A DNA stretch of 62,643 bases, filler included, from Nemertoderma westbladi (lineage: Eukaryota; Animalia; Xenacoelomorpha), in NCBI GenBank assembly GCA_032718475.1. It is 3 parts of 3 records of this genome, joined end to end, with 100 filler letters (N's around TTAATTAATTAA, not from the genome) between each part and the next. Parts side by side here need not be neighbours in the genome. Positions count along the whole stretch, not along the records: positions 21,908 to 48,866 come from JAUCBJ010002090.1; 2 more parts are not named here. One strand, 5' to 3'. Positions 25,171-37,643 of this stretch are shown here, piece after piece. The translations under genes and the position numbers were made by a program. Under the pieces are notes generated by a model, which searched no databases, was not told the origin of the DNA, and saw only the letters and a list, made by a program, of their open reading frames with translations. Each line of letters opens with the position of its first letter. Within the stretch, counting starts at the first letter, position 1.

Positions 25171-25984
25171 CCTTAGTTGACACCTGTCTGTATATAGATT
25201 CGCCACATAGGATATCTGACATGTGCATATTACTAGACATTTATTTAGTTATTATTCTGCACTTTTATTATTATATATCACAATCGCATTGACTAGGGGC
25301 AATTATTATTTGTATGTTTGTATTATGTTCTGTCTTTTATCCCGCTATATCATTATATTTTGGAGTGCAGTATTATAATGTTAGCGATTGTTTTACTGCG
25401 TAAATAACTTTTTCTTTCTTCCCACTTTTTGAGAGTTGGTAGTGGAAAAAAGCGGAACATTTACTCACTGTTCTATTTAGTAAAGAATTTTTTATAATAA
25501 TTTAAGATGTTTGTAATTGTATCTACCTACCTACTTCATAATCTCTTTACATTGATGTCATACAAATATAGTATATTTACATCATTGTGAGAAGAGTAGC
25601 ACTTTTTAGTATTTTGACCGAATTGTATTTATGTACCGAGTGAGCGCAGCGAGTTAGGTTTATATAAATAAACGATGTTCTTTAGCGCTGAATATGTAGG
25701 CTACAATGATTTATTTAATTTTGTAATATTATGTCAACTTATTAGTGTTAAGGACATTTGATTTTTAATCATATTGATAGTTTAATGGAATTAATATCCT
25801 CATATCTTAACAATCAGATTCAATTCAATGGTTTCATTATAATCCAAGCTAGAACATTGGAGAATACACAAGAAGTTTGTTTTTAACTTATTGACATTTC
25901 AGCGTCACAAACGCTGAACCTGAAACCAACAAAATGTTATGCAACACTGCAAAGTTACAGTTTTGAGCGTCAGGATTTAACCAT

Positions 25985-26220
25985 CTCTGAGGAGGTCGTG
26001 GGTTCAACCCCGGCATGGGGACCAGGGCAGTTTCGTTTCTGCATGAATTATTTGAAGGGAACAGCCAGGGCGCATCTCTGCCTGGCATCCTTCAGAGTTA
26101 GCTAAATGAGTATTGGAGTTTCCTCTGGGGAGTATAGTTCTGGGGGGACCGCACTGGAAATAAGTAGACAGACTTTGTGCGTAATCTCTAGCCTAATTGC
26201 CGAACTTTTTAATAAGCTGA
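25985..26220 (+). mobile_element. tRNA-derived SINE
   Basis: GAGGTCGTGGGTTCAACCCCGG B-box-like head followed by a GC-richer body with TAAATGAGTA. Confidence 0.55.
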
Positions 26221-27604
26221 CATAATGTAACAAGTTATTTGAAATTCCTAGAATTTACTGTGCTGCCCTAATGTCCCGTTATTTTTTATATATAAACTGT
26301 TTATTTTGTGTCACCTGCAAAAATCACCCCCACCCCACCCCATTATTATAGAAATGCCCTACCGCCCAGTCTGCATGTACAACATATGAGATTTGAAAAA
26401 TCCCTCTATGTTATTGACATTCTGAGGAAGCCATCATATTGTAGCGAATCTTACTAACCCATCTCTGACTTATGTTGCCAGCTGATCACTGATTATGTGC
26501 ATGTCTGGGTTTCTGGGTTAAAATAAATTTTTAAATTTTTTGTTTGTTGTCTTAAATTATTTTTTTATTTTTACTTTTCTTAATTGAATTTTAAATTAAC
26601 AAATAAAACAATTTGATACCTAATTTTCCCTTTCCTATATTGTCTGGAGCTGGCTCCCCTTATTTTTGCTCATATAAATATGATTATAGAATTAACAACT
26701 AACAGATTGCCTTTTTTTAATCTAAAACATGCCTATTTGCCTATATAAATTACCAGTAATAGATATGTATTATATTTTACAGCTGTTTTATATACTCCAT
26801 CTAAAAGATATTACTTCTTTTTTCTCTTTTTTAAGTTCATAAATAAAACTTGTTTAAATCTAAATGGAGCCATATTTGTTCTGCAACACTAACCTATTCA
26901 CATACTCACTTACTCAGATGAACTAAAACCACCGTGTTTTTGTAGTTAACAGCCAAAATATTGGCAATCATTAATTTATGTATAACAACTGATATATTGA
27001 ATAATCAATAATTTAATAATTTAAGGATCGTTAAATCAATACAATTAATATAGTACATAATACTTCTGGACGGCACCGTTTACATGGCCGAATTCGTCCC
27101 ACTACGGGGCGAGCCACGTGATTTACAGTCGTATCATATTACTGTAGTATAATAATATTATAATTACGAGCGAAACCTTTATTTGGCATTGAATCGTTTA
27201 CCACATTAACCTGCTCCTTTCCCTTGTACATATATCACCCATTTTGTCGTATTCAACTACTTATTTAATCTTAAATATAATATTGTTTGAATTTTAGTGT
27301 AGCTATAGTTATGGTTTGGCAACCATGGCATTAGTAACATTCTCTATATTATATAGGCTAATTCTTACGTTTTGTTACCTATAGAGCTGCCGGCAGCTTC
27401 TGTGATAATTATTGTCATGACAACCGATACACCCAATACATAATATTTAAGTTGAATGTTTAGCTGGTGATTTTGTAGAATTTGTGTTTTTGCATTTCAT
27501 ATTTTGTGCTAAATTTTCAAGGAATTCTGTAATTAATATTATTATGATTAAAACGTGTACTTTTAGAATTTGGTAATCGTCTATTTTTCGGACATACGGG
27601 TCGA

Positions 27605-27720
27605 GGAAAAATAGCGACACACGGGAAAAATAGCGACACACGGGAAAAATAGCGACACACTGGAAAAATAGCGACACACGGGAAAAATAGCGACACACGG
27701 GAAAAATAGCGACACACGGG
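27605..27720. repeat. 20-bp minisatellite (GGAAAAATAGCGACACACGG-type), about 6 copies
   Basis: Directly visible. Confidence 0.95.
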
Positions 27721-28039
27721 GTACCGGGATACTCAATGTACTTCTCAGCTAAAATGTATTCAACAAACATTTCCAATACATATAAATTAGCACAAAACTA
27801 ATTCGCAAGTCATCCGAACGAATTTCTTCTGATTCTACATTATATTCGATTCATTGAGCTTCTACATAGTCACCAATTTAGTTTCCATAGCAACGGAAAT
27901 TTGTTAAATCATATAACCGTTATGGCTGGTGCAATATATTTACTGGAGCTCTGCTCGAGTTCCTGCAGCTAATATTAGTTTGTGGCTGGCGCTGGATGTT
28001 TGTTGCTGGAATGTTTGAACGCTAATAAGTCGGTCAATC

Positions 28040-28300
28040 ATGGATGATATGGAACCAAACTTGGTACACATAGTTTATCGAAAGTTTATAAATTTTACAC
28101 ACAGACAGACTCCTATATTTCCTTTGTCTGCCGCAAGGGGGCGAATTGACAGAAACGTAAAAGTGGCTGTAATTTTAGAAACAACCATCAGATTCGTCTG
28201 AAATTTGGTAGTAACCTACGAGCATTGCATCATTAGAAATTCTACACACAGACAGACTTTTACAGTTCCTCTGTCTGCCGCTAGGGGATGAATAGAGCTC
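28040..28300 (-). repeat. Two ~147-bp units related to the array at 3-480, opposite strand
   Basis: AAA.TTGGTA, CACACAGACAGACT and TGTCTGCCGC.AGGGG repeated. Confidence 0.65.
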
Positions 28301-30150
28301 CAGTTCATTGTGCTTAGCACGGTTTAATTTAAACAACTTCTCTACTAAACTGGCGCTTGTAAACCTCGTCCATCGAAATTGTTAACCACAACAAACGTTG
28401 TCCCTAAAAAAAATATGCTTTTAATAATGCTTTTAATAATATTGCTTAATAATAATGCTTTTCCCCATATATCATGAGCTACTGTGATTGTTAAACTAAA
28501 ACATTTAAGTCAATTGAATTTAAATTTAACTTAAAAACTTAAATTTACACCAAGCCCAATTATATTCTACGAAAAATCTGTAGTGGACACCATTACATGT
28601 CCTTGCAGTGGAATTGTGTAATGAATCAGTTACCTTAAGCTTAAACTATTGGAAAATTATTGATTTATTTAAAATTGGATGCGACTTAAAGTTACCGAGA
28701 TATATATAAAGTACTTTTAGTATTCCAGATTATTCTCGAATGCATGAATAGTTAATTATATCATGGCCTTCATTGTATGAACGCACTGATGAAAGATATA
28801 AATATTCTAGAATACGTAAAATGACAAACATAAAGACTATACTATCTCAAATCTCATCGATTTTTAAACAAACCATTTTGTTAACGAAAAATTGTGCTAT
28901 ACTTACTTAGATTCAATGAGTTACTGTACAATGAGTGTGTGGATATATTTTACAACCTGATAAATTTATATAATGACTTGACATAATAATAATAATAATA
29001 ATATGGTTTGTAATGTTATGTTAGATGTAAACTGAATACACAGTTATAATAATACTTAGAAATAAATTGTCTTATAATAGGAAGAAGTATCTTTATTTTT
29101 TATTGCGGAATTTTTTTTTCTTTTCATGAGTTAGTATTTGTTGTAGATATTTTTGACTTGAGTTAGTCGCAAAACAAAGCAGTTGTCCCACCATAGCGAA
29201 TAAGTTATACCTTCGCGACAACTAACCATACACTAACCCTTTCCCTGTTCACAATTGCTCCTGCAGTTACTTACTGTGTTGTGTATTATATCTAGCGTAG
29301 CATCCTTGAGAAGCCGGCTAATAATTTAAACACTATAATTATCTATGTAACGGCTACTACGGAACGATATCTTATATGGGTTGCTCTCTCTTGTTGCACC
29401 GGTGACCAGGGAGCGTAGAAGCTGTAGATGCAGGGTCATGCGTGGTTTTAAAATACAGTGATTGATTACATATAAATATATAGAATATTAATATATTTAA
29501 TATTAAAATAAACCTAACAGAGACATATTATTTGATCTTGAAATAAACCTTTTTTTACAATTTAACAAGTTAAAAGTAATTTCGTTAAACTAAGTTAAGC
29601 TTTAATTGACCACAAAGTCCCCAAACAATACGCTTCAACAGGTAGTTACGGGTAATTGACCTAAGATTATAACTTCCCTTCTCCACCAACATGTATTCCC
29701 ACAGGAAAAATCTTGACATTTAATGTCAAGAGTTTTGCGAATCGATAAGAATTTTCCCGTTTGAATTTTTTTAATTAGTTAGGGTGCTCATTAAAAATCC
29801 TTCTTAACAAACTCTAATGCAAAACCAGCTTCCAATGCATTGTAGCCAGGGTAACTAAAAGGCACATGGGCATATTATCTGTGCTATGAATATCATTGAA
29901 CTCTGCTCCGCAACAGTACGTGTAAGCCCGCCTCTTACACGGTAACTCTAGCGTCTGTAGAAAGTGTCGCGTTTTACTTTTTGTGACTCCCGGCCCAATA
30001 TTCACATATAGTGAATGTTGGGCCATCTTGGTTCAGTTATTTGTTTCTAAAAAAAAATTGAGATAAAACAAATGGCCGCAACAAAAGTTTCATGTGAGCG
30101 TGGTCTCGTAACATAATTCCGGAACAAATGTTGCGTAAGGTAATGTCTGG

Positions 30151-30591
30151 CACATTACTGCTAGCCGATAGGGTCTAACACATTACTGCTAGCCAATAAG
30201 GTCTAACACATTACTGCTAGCCAATAAGGTCTAACACATTACTGCTAGCCGATAGGGTCTAACATATTACTGCTAGCCGATAAGGTCTAACACATTACTG
30301 CTAGCCTATAAGGTCTAACACATTACTGTTAGCCGATAAGGTGTAACACATTACTGCTAGCCTATAAGGTCTAACACATTACTGCTAGCCGATAAGGTCT
30401 AACATATTACTGCTAACCTATAAGGTCTAACACATTACTGCTAGCCGATAAGGTCTAACATATTACTGCTAGCCTATAAGGTTTAACACATTACTGCTAG
30501 CCAATAAGGTCTAATACATTACTGCTAGCCAATAAGGTCTAATACATTACTGCTAGCCGATAAGGTCTAACATATTACTGCTAGCCGATAA
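30151..30591. repeat. 28-bp minisatellite (CACATTACTGCTAGCCGATAAGGTCTAA), about 16 copies
   Basis: Head-to-tail units with point variants and no spacers. Confidence 0.97.
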
Positions 30592-30935
30592 ACCTGTCGC
30601 ATTACAGATTATCCCGCCTTCACATTCTCTCTCCGCCCTCCTGCAATAATTAGTCAATAATGTTTATAAATAGGCAAACTCCTCACTACTTGGCTCTCCC
30701 CATTTTGAACTATATACATTCTTTTTGTGCCAAAATGTAAATATTTCTTAATTCTGTCATCGTTTGCAATGCGTAGTAATATAAAGTATTTAACATGTTT
30801 CCAATTGAATGATTAAGAAATCCAGTCAAATAGATTTCACTTTATTTTCTTAAAAGTATGTTTTTTTTTATATAATTTCACATTGTTGCAAATTTTGGGT
30901 ATTAAACTAAATGTATTATACAAACTTGCTCCATC

Positions 30936-31018
30936 ACAAACAAATCACTCGCACCGAAGTATGTGCTAATTTACAAACAAATCACTCGCACCGAAGTATG
31001 TGCTAATTTACAAACAAA
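30936..31018. repeat. 37-bp tandem duplication
   Basis: ACAAACAAATCACTCGCACCGAAGTATGTGCTAATTT twice. Confidence 0.9.
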
Positions 31019-31169
31019 GTTGATAAATAATTATATTGAAATAATTATAAACAGACTAAGTAAAAATCTTAAAATTCATTCAAAATGTCGCGATATAAGT
31101 TTCCATCCGCTCCACAATATTATGGGGTCGAGCCACATGTCGTGATAGCTTCTATTGCAGGTCGATTAT

Positions 31170-31456
31170 CAGGGTTGTCACTCACCTGGAATAGTCAGGG
31201 AATTTAATTTTTTCTTGAAATGTCAGGGAATTCTTGTAAAAAATTGACAAATAAAGGAAAGGTCAGGGAATATGATATATACAGGACATGTGTCATAAAC
31301 GAAAATGTGTAAAAATATTTCTGCTCGTTTCGTTCGCCGTTGTATTTCCTCACATCACTAAATATAAATATAAAGTCTGAAATACCTATAGAAATCATAT
31401 ATAAACTTTCAGTCAGGGAATCTTTCCAAAAAGTCTGAAATAGAGTGGCAACCCTG
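31170..31456. mobile_element. hAT-like MITE
   Basis: TIRs CAGGGTTGTCACTC / GAGTGGCAACCCTG, internal GTCAGGGAA repeats, degenerate 8-bp TSD TCGATTAT / ACGATCAC. Confidence 0.7.
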
Positions 31457-31534
31457 ACGATCACCAATTCATATTATTTGTTTTATTTACCTGTAGCGTA
31501 GGATATTGCATTATCCTATAACTTAATTTATTAG

Positions 31535-31799
31535 GTATCCATATGCAAAGTGCTGCAAGATTTCAACCCCAATAAATTCTTGTGCCAAAACAAACCGTTC
31601 CGAACGGAACTAATACGGAGATTATTAGCGGCGGGGGCGCCGTACGAAGCGACTCCGTGTCCTTTAGGTAAGGCGCGGACGCTGGGAGACCACGGGGTGC
31701 TGGTCGCGTTGCTACGCGCCGGAGCCAGCCCGGAACGACTCGGCTCCGAGAAGAACCCACCGCTGTTCGTAGCCTTGGAGATGGGACTAAAGAAACGAG
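31535..31799 (+). CDS. Internal exon of an ankyrin-repeat-like protein (possibly TRANK1-like)
   Basis: TTAG acceptor, GTTAGT donor; LIRRLLAAGA, LVALLRAGASP, PPLFVAL; GC-rich against AT-rich flanks; splices in phase 1 to 32158. Confidence 0.75.
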
Positions 31800-32157
31800 G
31801 TTAGTGAAACGGGGGGGGGGGGGGTCGGGCTTCTAAATAAGTAATTATAATAAATTATGAAGTCTGACGCTCTAACCATTCAGCTAGCGGCTCAGGTATA
31901 AGATAGACCTTGAAATACTACCCGATACCTTGTATGTCCGCAATTTACCTCCTCATGGACTCCCATCTGCCAATAGCTTCAACTGGTGCCACTGTACTCA
32001 ACCCTACAGTACTTGGCCGTCTATAAATAAATAATGGAATATTTAATTAAAATATACCACGATATGGTGTAGCCATATATTATAAAGTGATCTTTATTTT
32101 GGCCGTACCCAAATTATATACTTTATATAATTATGAATAATTATTATGATTGTTTAG

Positions 32158-32335
32158 GGAACTTTGCGGTTCTGGAATGTCTATTTGATCTATACCGCAA
32201 TGACGTCACACGCTATCAAACAGTTCTCAATCCCTCGGGGCGGGATTCAAACGGGGATACTCTGTTCCACAAAGTGGTTGAAGGCCCTGCTACCAAGGAA
32301 ACTATAGAGGCTACCAACATTATTGTTGCTAACAG
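32158..32335 (+). CDS. Next exon of the same ankyrin-repeat-like gene
   Basis: TTTAG acceptor, GTAGG donor; GNFAVLECLF...LNPSGRDSNGDTLFHKV. Confidence 0.75.
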
Positions 32336-32904
32336 GTAGGCGCTACTGTTATGTAATTTTAATTATGAATTCCATGATATTATCCGGTATGGTCTCCCTG
32401 GTCTGGCTTTGGCTTGTCTGTAGAGAAACACACGTTCCCTGTGAAGAATACCAAATTTCCATAATATTTTCAGTCGATAATTGAAATATATATGAAGATT
32501 TTGATTAATTTGGGAAATATCTAGGGTTTGGAATAAGGTCAGCGGGAAACTGAGATTCAATGGATCTTTTAGTTTCTATAGGGAAGTTATCCTCATATAA
32601 TTGAGTAATTTTAATCCCATTATCGGCTGTTCTCCTTCAATTACCTAATGGCATTACTCATTGTGTTTTTTATGCCCTTATATGGTAGGGCCTATGCTTG
32701 CGGTTTCATATAAGGAATTTCTTCTCCAGACTGATTATTTTTCCAAGAAACTTCCATTTCTATTTTTTATATTTTGAGTTAAACTCATCTAGAACCATAA
32801 ACGGGTTAATGAACTCAGTTACACTGCGTCCATAACAATACGGTTACTGACTCCCTTATTACCATGGAATCATGATGTGGTTAATTTGTTCGGTTAAATA
32901 TTAT

Positions 32905-33315
32905 GACTCAGCCTACGTTCAGCCGACTCAGCCTACGTTCAGCCGACTCAGCCTACGTTATGGTTATATTGAACTGGGATTGTCGACTCAGCCTACGTTC
33001 AGCCGACTCAGCCTACGTTCAGGTTATATTGAACTGGGATTGCCGACTCAGCCTACGTTCAGCCGACTCAGCCTACGTTCAGGTTATATTGAACTGGGAT
33101 TGCCGACTCAGCCTACGTTCAGCCGACTCAGCCTACGTTCAGCCGACTCAGCCTACGTTATGGTTATATTGAACTGGGATTGCCGACTCAGCCTACGTTC
33201 AGCCGACACAGCCTACGTTCAGGTTATATTGAACTGGGATTGCCGACTCAGCCTACGTTCAGCCGACTCAGCCTACGTTCAGGTTATTGACCTGGGATTG
33301 CCGGCCGACTCAACC
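32905..33315. repeat. Higher-order minisatellite: 20-bp subunit GACTCAGCCTACGTTCAGCC within 60/80-bp units
   Basis: Directly visible; abuts the 5'-truncated L2 endonuclease. Confidence 0.95.
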
Positions 33316-33835
33316 TCAAATAATAACTTTTGAGTATATGGATCTCGCTTTAATGCATACAGGGATACTTTTTAGAATCATAATTATTTATCGCCCATGT
33401 CCCTCCAAGGCAAATGGTTTCACTGTATCGTCCTTTATGGATCAATTCGCTGTCCTTTTAGAACATATGGTACTTACTCCTGGAAAATTGGTTTTACTAG
33501 GTGACTTTAATTTTCATGTTGATGACTGCAGCAATAAAGATGCGATCGAAAGATGCACAGCTAGTCTCTGGACCAACACATAGGAAAGGCCACACCCTGG
33601 ATCTAATATTTAGACAATTTACACACATTTTACACAATTAATGTACCAAAATTAGATGCAGGATCTAAAATTATAGCTTATAGAAATATGAAAAATATAA
33701 ATATTTACATATTTATGAGTGAATTAAAGCAGTCTCCATTGTGTAAAACCCAATCGGGTGAAATAAATGATATTGTTGAACAATACAATGAAGTACTAAC
33801 AAAAATACTGGATAAACATGCCCCCATACAATCTA
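33300..33835 (+). pseudogene. L2-like LINE, left part (APE: IIYRP, LLGDFNFHVD, GHTLDL; linker to LDKHAPIQS)
   Basis: Motifs in fragmented frames; continues at 46459 (SKTVPVLPRAKWYN). Confidence 0.85.
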
Positions 33836-34349
33836 TTTATTTATTTAATTCATTTAATTTAATTTACATAACAGACATTACAGAATATAATGGTGTATGG
33901 GCCTACTGCACAAATAAACTAATATTTATGTAGCTCAGTATATCTACAGTTTAAGGCACATAGCATAGCTAGTGCGTGACTCAAACTGCAACATATATAA
34001 ATAGTAATGAATGTAAGTATTTATAGTATTATGATTAAGGTATTCCAGGAAATTATGTTTCAATGTTAAAATTTGAATGGAAAAAAAAATATATATATAT
34101 TTGTCAGAAACTCCAGCGGAATAGTAAAAAATAGGAAACACACAGTTAAATTAATTGCTGTGGTTAGTAAAAGAAAATACGAAATGAATAAAGAGACAAG
34201 AAGAGGATGGCCTAATCTAGTATATTATTTTTGAATGTTTGACGGTTTAGCAACTAATATTTTTAATTTGAAATTATGACTGATCGAGCGATCGGAGGGG
34301 GTAACTTAAATATAGATTAACAGGCATCACTGAATAATAATAGTTATTA

Positions 34350-37300
34350 TTATATAGTAGAAAATAAGAATTCCCGAAATTTTTTGGAAAATAGAGGCTT
34401 TGATTTTATTTGTCGGATTGTTAAAGGAATAGAGTTCCAGACCTGAGGACCTTGGAAATTCATGGATTGTCTGGAAGTTAGTAAGCGAACGAAAGGGGTG
34501 TAAAGGTTTTGATTTGCCGATGAACGAGTATTATAAGAATGTACTGTAGATATTTTTTTAAACAAGTTAGAAAACTGTGTGGCAGATAATGGTAATAAGT
34601 TATTTTGAGTATCGAACATTAGTAGGCCGACTTGATGGGTGTATAAAAGATTTAATGGCAGGATTTGAAGCGATTTATATATTGGGTTTGAAGAGGCTTG
34701 GAAGTGGCTGAATGTAATACATCGGATAATTTTATTAATTTTTATACGGAGTGGTTTAATATAGCTAGTTTTCGACTTCCCCCACAAGATAAGGCCATAG
34801 AGCAGATAAGGATGTACAAGGGAGTAATATAGACGCTTGATTATCAGTGAGGGAAAAATATGCCTAAGTTTGTAAAAGATACCTGCCGTACGTGATATTT
34901 TTTTAATTAAATATTCAATATGTATTTTCCAGGATAATTTTGAGTCCAACCAGATTCCAAGAAACTTTGCCGCGTTTGTTTGTTTAATATTTATGCCATT
35001 TATTGTTAGCGAACTGTTAATGTTATTACTGTTTCGATTACTGAAAAAAGTATGCTCGGTTTTTTTAACATTAAGTGAAAGCGAGTTATCTATAAGCCAA
35101 TTACTAATTTTAATTAATTCAATATTTGTATTTTTAATAAGATTTTGTATCGATTGATTTTGGGAAAAGAGAGTAGTGTCATCGGCGAATAAGGTGGTAA
35201 AGAGAGAGGAGGCATTTGGGAGGTCGTTGATGTAGAGGAGGAATAACAGACAAGATAAAGTGGCGCCCTGAGGGACCCCACAGACAAGTGGCATCACAGA
35301 TGACAGACAATTATCGACTACAGTTACTTGAACACGGTCAGTAAGGTAATCAGTTAATAACATATGCGGAATCCCTCGAATACCGTATGCTTGTAATTTT
35401 TTTAGTAAGATAGAGTGATCCAACGTATCGTACGCTTTTTTAAGGTCAATATAAATAGCACAGGAATACAACTTATCTTCTAGCGTTTGATATATTTTTT
35501 CAAGCATGGATAGGAGAGCATGAGTCGTTGTAGTTTTAGGACGAAATCCAAATTGCGATTGAGTAATAATTTTAAACTTAGCTATATATGATTGAAGTTG
35601 GTTGTTAATAATAATTTCAAAAAGTTTACTAATAATAGGTAATAAGGATATTGGTCGATAATTGTTCTTATCAGTGGGGTCACCGGCCTTAAACACTGGT
35701 ACAACTTTCGCCCGCTTTAAGGATTTCGGGAAGAAGCCGCAGGAAATAGACAAATTTATCAAATAACTTAAATGATGGGATAAGGGAAGAGCGCCTAGAG
35801 AGAGTAGTTTGGTTGAAAATATATCGTTAGAGGAAGATGACGTTTTGATATGTAGTAAGTGATATTGAATTTCAACTGGCGATGTTTCTGTTAGTACAAA
35901 AGATTGTGGGCCATTATGTGAGATATGCCGTAAGGGAGACCGATTAGATTTGGGTATTTGCTGGGACAAATTTGAACCAACAGTGGAAAAGTGATTATTG
36001 AATGCCTGGGAAATTTGTTTCGGGTCAGTTAGGGTTTCGATCACATCGCCTGTTATCACAGTCAGTTTTTTTGGAGCGGCCGATTTCCCACTTTTGTTTA
36101 GGGCTGAGTTTATTATACGCCAAGTTTTGCGATTATTATTGGAACATTTTTCAAACTGGGTTTTATAATAGTTTTTCTCAGCCTCCCGAAGAACAGAGGT
36201 TAAAATATTTCGATACCTTTTAAAAGCTAGTTCGTTTACTACTGTGGGATTTTTTATGAAAGCGCGGTAAAGGTCATTCTTAATTATGGTTCTTTTAACT
36301 AAATTAGGAGTCATCCAAGGTTTCGTTGGAATTTCTTTGGGCTTAAGTGTTTTCGGGGCAGCATGTTTAAGACAGACCTTCTCCAAATCAGTATAAAATT
36401 GGTCTAATTTACAGTTATTTGGAATGGATGGATCAGTATACGTCCATGTATCAAGGCAGTTTAGGTCACGCAGAAAATTATTACAATTGAATTTTGAATA
36501 ATCAAAAAAAGTGGTCGTTTTGGTAGTTTTAAAATAGTTGTGATAATTTTGGAGAGTGATGAACGTAGGCTGATGGTCTGATGTGCCAACTTTAGTAAAA
36601 AATGTACCGGATTGAGAAACCGAAGAAGTTATATTTGTAAATATGTGGTCAATATTGGTTCTACTCCATGGTGTGACACGTGTTGGTTGGCTAATAAGTT
36701 GCACGAGGCCGATTGAATTCATTATATCGATATAATCTTTGGACTGTTTTGTTGTTTTTAATAAATCTACATTAAAATCCCCCGTTAAAATTATATCACA
36801 ATTTGATTTATTTAGATCTGTAATTGTTTTTTCAAGTTTTGTAAGGAAATATGGTAGCTCAACAGAATTTGGACGATAGATTGTGCCTATTACCAGCGGC
36901 CTCTTGTTTGGTCGATGTAGTTGAACCCATGAGTTTTCAAAACCCTCGATCCTCAGTTCAGGTTTCATATTAAAATTAATAGATTCTTTGAAATAAATTG
37001 CAGTGCCGCCTCTTTTAAGTTTTTTCTTACTAATTTTCACTGTATTTGGTAGAACCCGGCAATCATAAAACGGACCATCATAACCATTAATTTTCAATAA
37101 GTCAGTGGGAGTGTCTGTGGATAAAAATGTTTCCGTAAAAGTGAGTACTTCGAAAGTATGATTTAGTGAAAGTAAAAAATCTGTAATGGCTGAAAAGTTT
37201 TTTGGCAAGCTACGACAGTTTAAATGAAAAACCGACATTGTTACAGATGGGGAATTCTCCAAAATAGAGTTAAATTGATTTTCAGTCACAGTACCTTTAT

Positions 37301-37643
37301 CTATATTTAAATTTGTAATATTTTCGTCAGGGTCTATGTGGCTAAAAGTTTGATTAATGTTGTTAATTATAGAGCTGGTTAGTTCCTCTTCTATCTCTTT
37401 ATTACCAAAGATATCGTAATCGTCAGTATCGATATTAACGAAGGGAAAAATTGTAGCATTACAGAAAGTACAAAAATGATACTGTAAATCATTATTAGTG
37501 TCACAGAGATCGTCACCTGAGAGGTGTGTGCCACATTGAATATGAAAGGAGTTACGACATAAAGCACAATAAAAAGTATATTCCGCTGGAGTAATTTCAG
37601 AAAAACAAAAGTAACAATGTAAGTTATTAGAGCTTGAGTGCAT
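34350..37643 (-). CDS. LINE ORF2: N-terminal PHD-like finger, APE endonuclease, reverse transcriptase (1097 aa, intact)
   Basis: CYFC..CALC..HIQC..CTFC; HLNCRSL, TETFL, GDFN, IDHIF, SDH; NYRPISLL, QFGFR, DLKKAYD, GVPQG, FADDT. Confidence 0.95.
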   Translation of the reverse strand: MHSSSNNLHCYFCFSEITPAEYTFYCALCRNSFHIQCGTHLSGDDLCDTNNDLQYHFCTFCNATIFPFVNIDTDDYDIFGNKEIEEELTSSIINNINQTFSHIDPDENITNLNIDKGTVTENQFNSILENSPSVTMSVFHLNCRSLPKNFSAITDFLLSLNHTFEVLTFTETFLSTDTPTDLLKINGYDGPFYDCRVLPNTVKISKKKLKRGGTAIYFKESINFNMKPELRIEGFENSWVQLHRPNKRPLVIGTIYRPNSVELPYFLTKLEKTITDLNKSNCDIILTGDFNVDLLKTTKQSKDYIDIMNSIGLVQLISQPTRVTPWSRTNIDHIFTNITSSVSQSGTFFTKVGTSDHQPTFITLQNYHNYFKTTKTTTFFDYSKFNCNNFLRDLNCLDTWTYTDPSIPNNCKLDQFYTDLEKVCLKHAAPKTLKPKEIPTKPWMTPNLVKRTIIKNDLYRAFIKNPTVVNELAFKRYRNILTSVLREAEKNYYKTQFEKCSNNNRKTWRIINSALNKSGKSAAPKKLTVITGDVIETLTDPKQISQAFNNHFSTVGSNLSQQIPKSNRSPLRHISHNGPQSFVLTETSPVEIQYHLLHIKTSSSSNDIFSTKLLSLGALPLSHHLSYLINLSISCGFFPKSLKRAKVVPVFKAGDPTDKNNYRPISLLPIISKLFEIIINNQLQSYIAKFKIITQSQFGFRPKTTTTHALLSMLEKIYQTLEDKLYSCAIYIDLKKAYDTLDHSILLKKLQAYGIRGIPHMLLTDYLTDRVQVTVVDNCLSSVMPLVCGVPQGATLSCLLFLLYINDLPNASSLFTTLFADDTTLFSQNQSIQNLIKNTNIELIKISNWLIDNSLSLNVKKTEHTFFSNRNSNNINSSLTINGINIKQTNAAKFLGIWLDSKLSWKIHIEYLIKKISRTAGIFYKLRHIFPSLIIKRLYYSLVHPYLLYGLILWGKSKTSYIKPLRIKINKIIRCITFSHFQASSNPIYKSLQILPLNLLYTHQVGLLMFDTQNNLLPLSATQFSNLFKKISTVHSYNTRSSANQNLYTPFVRLLTSRQSMNFQGPQVWNSIPLTIRQIKSKPLFSKKFREFLFSTI

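Noticed and set aside
30151-30591. 28-bp repeats as a CRISPR array
   Set aside because: Head-to-tail with no unique spacers, no cas genes, eukaryotic context.
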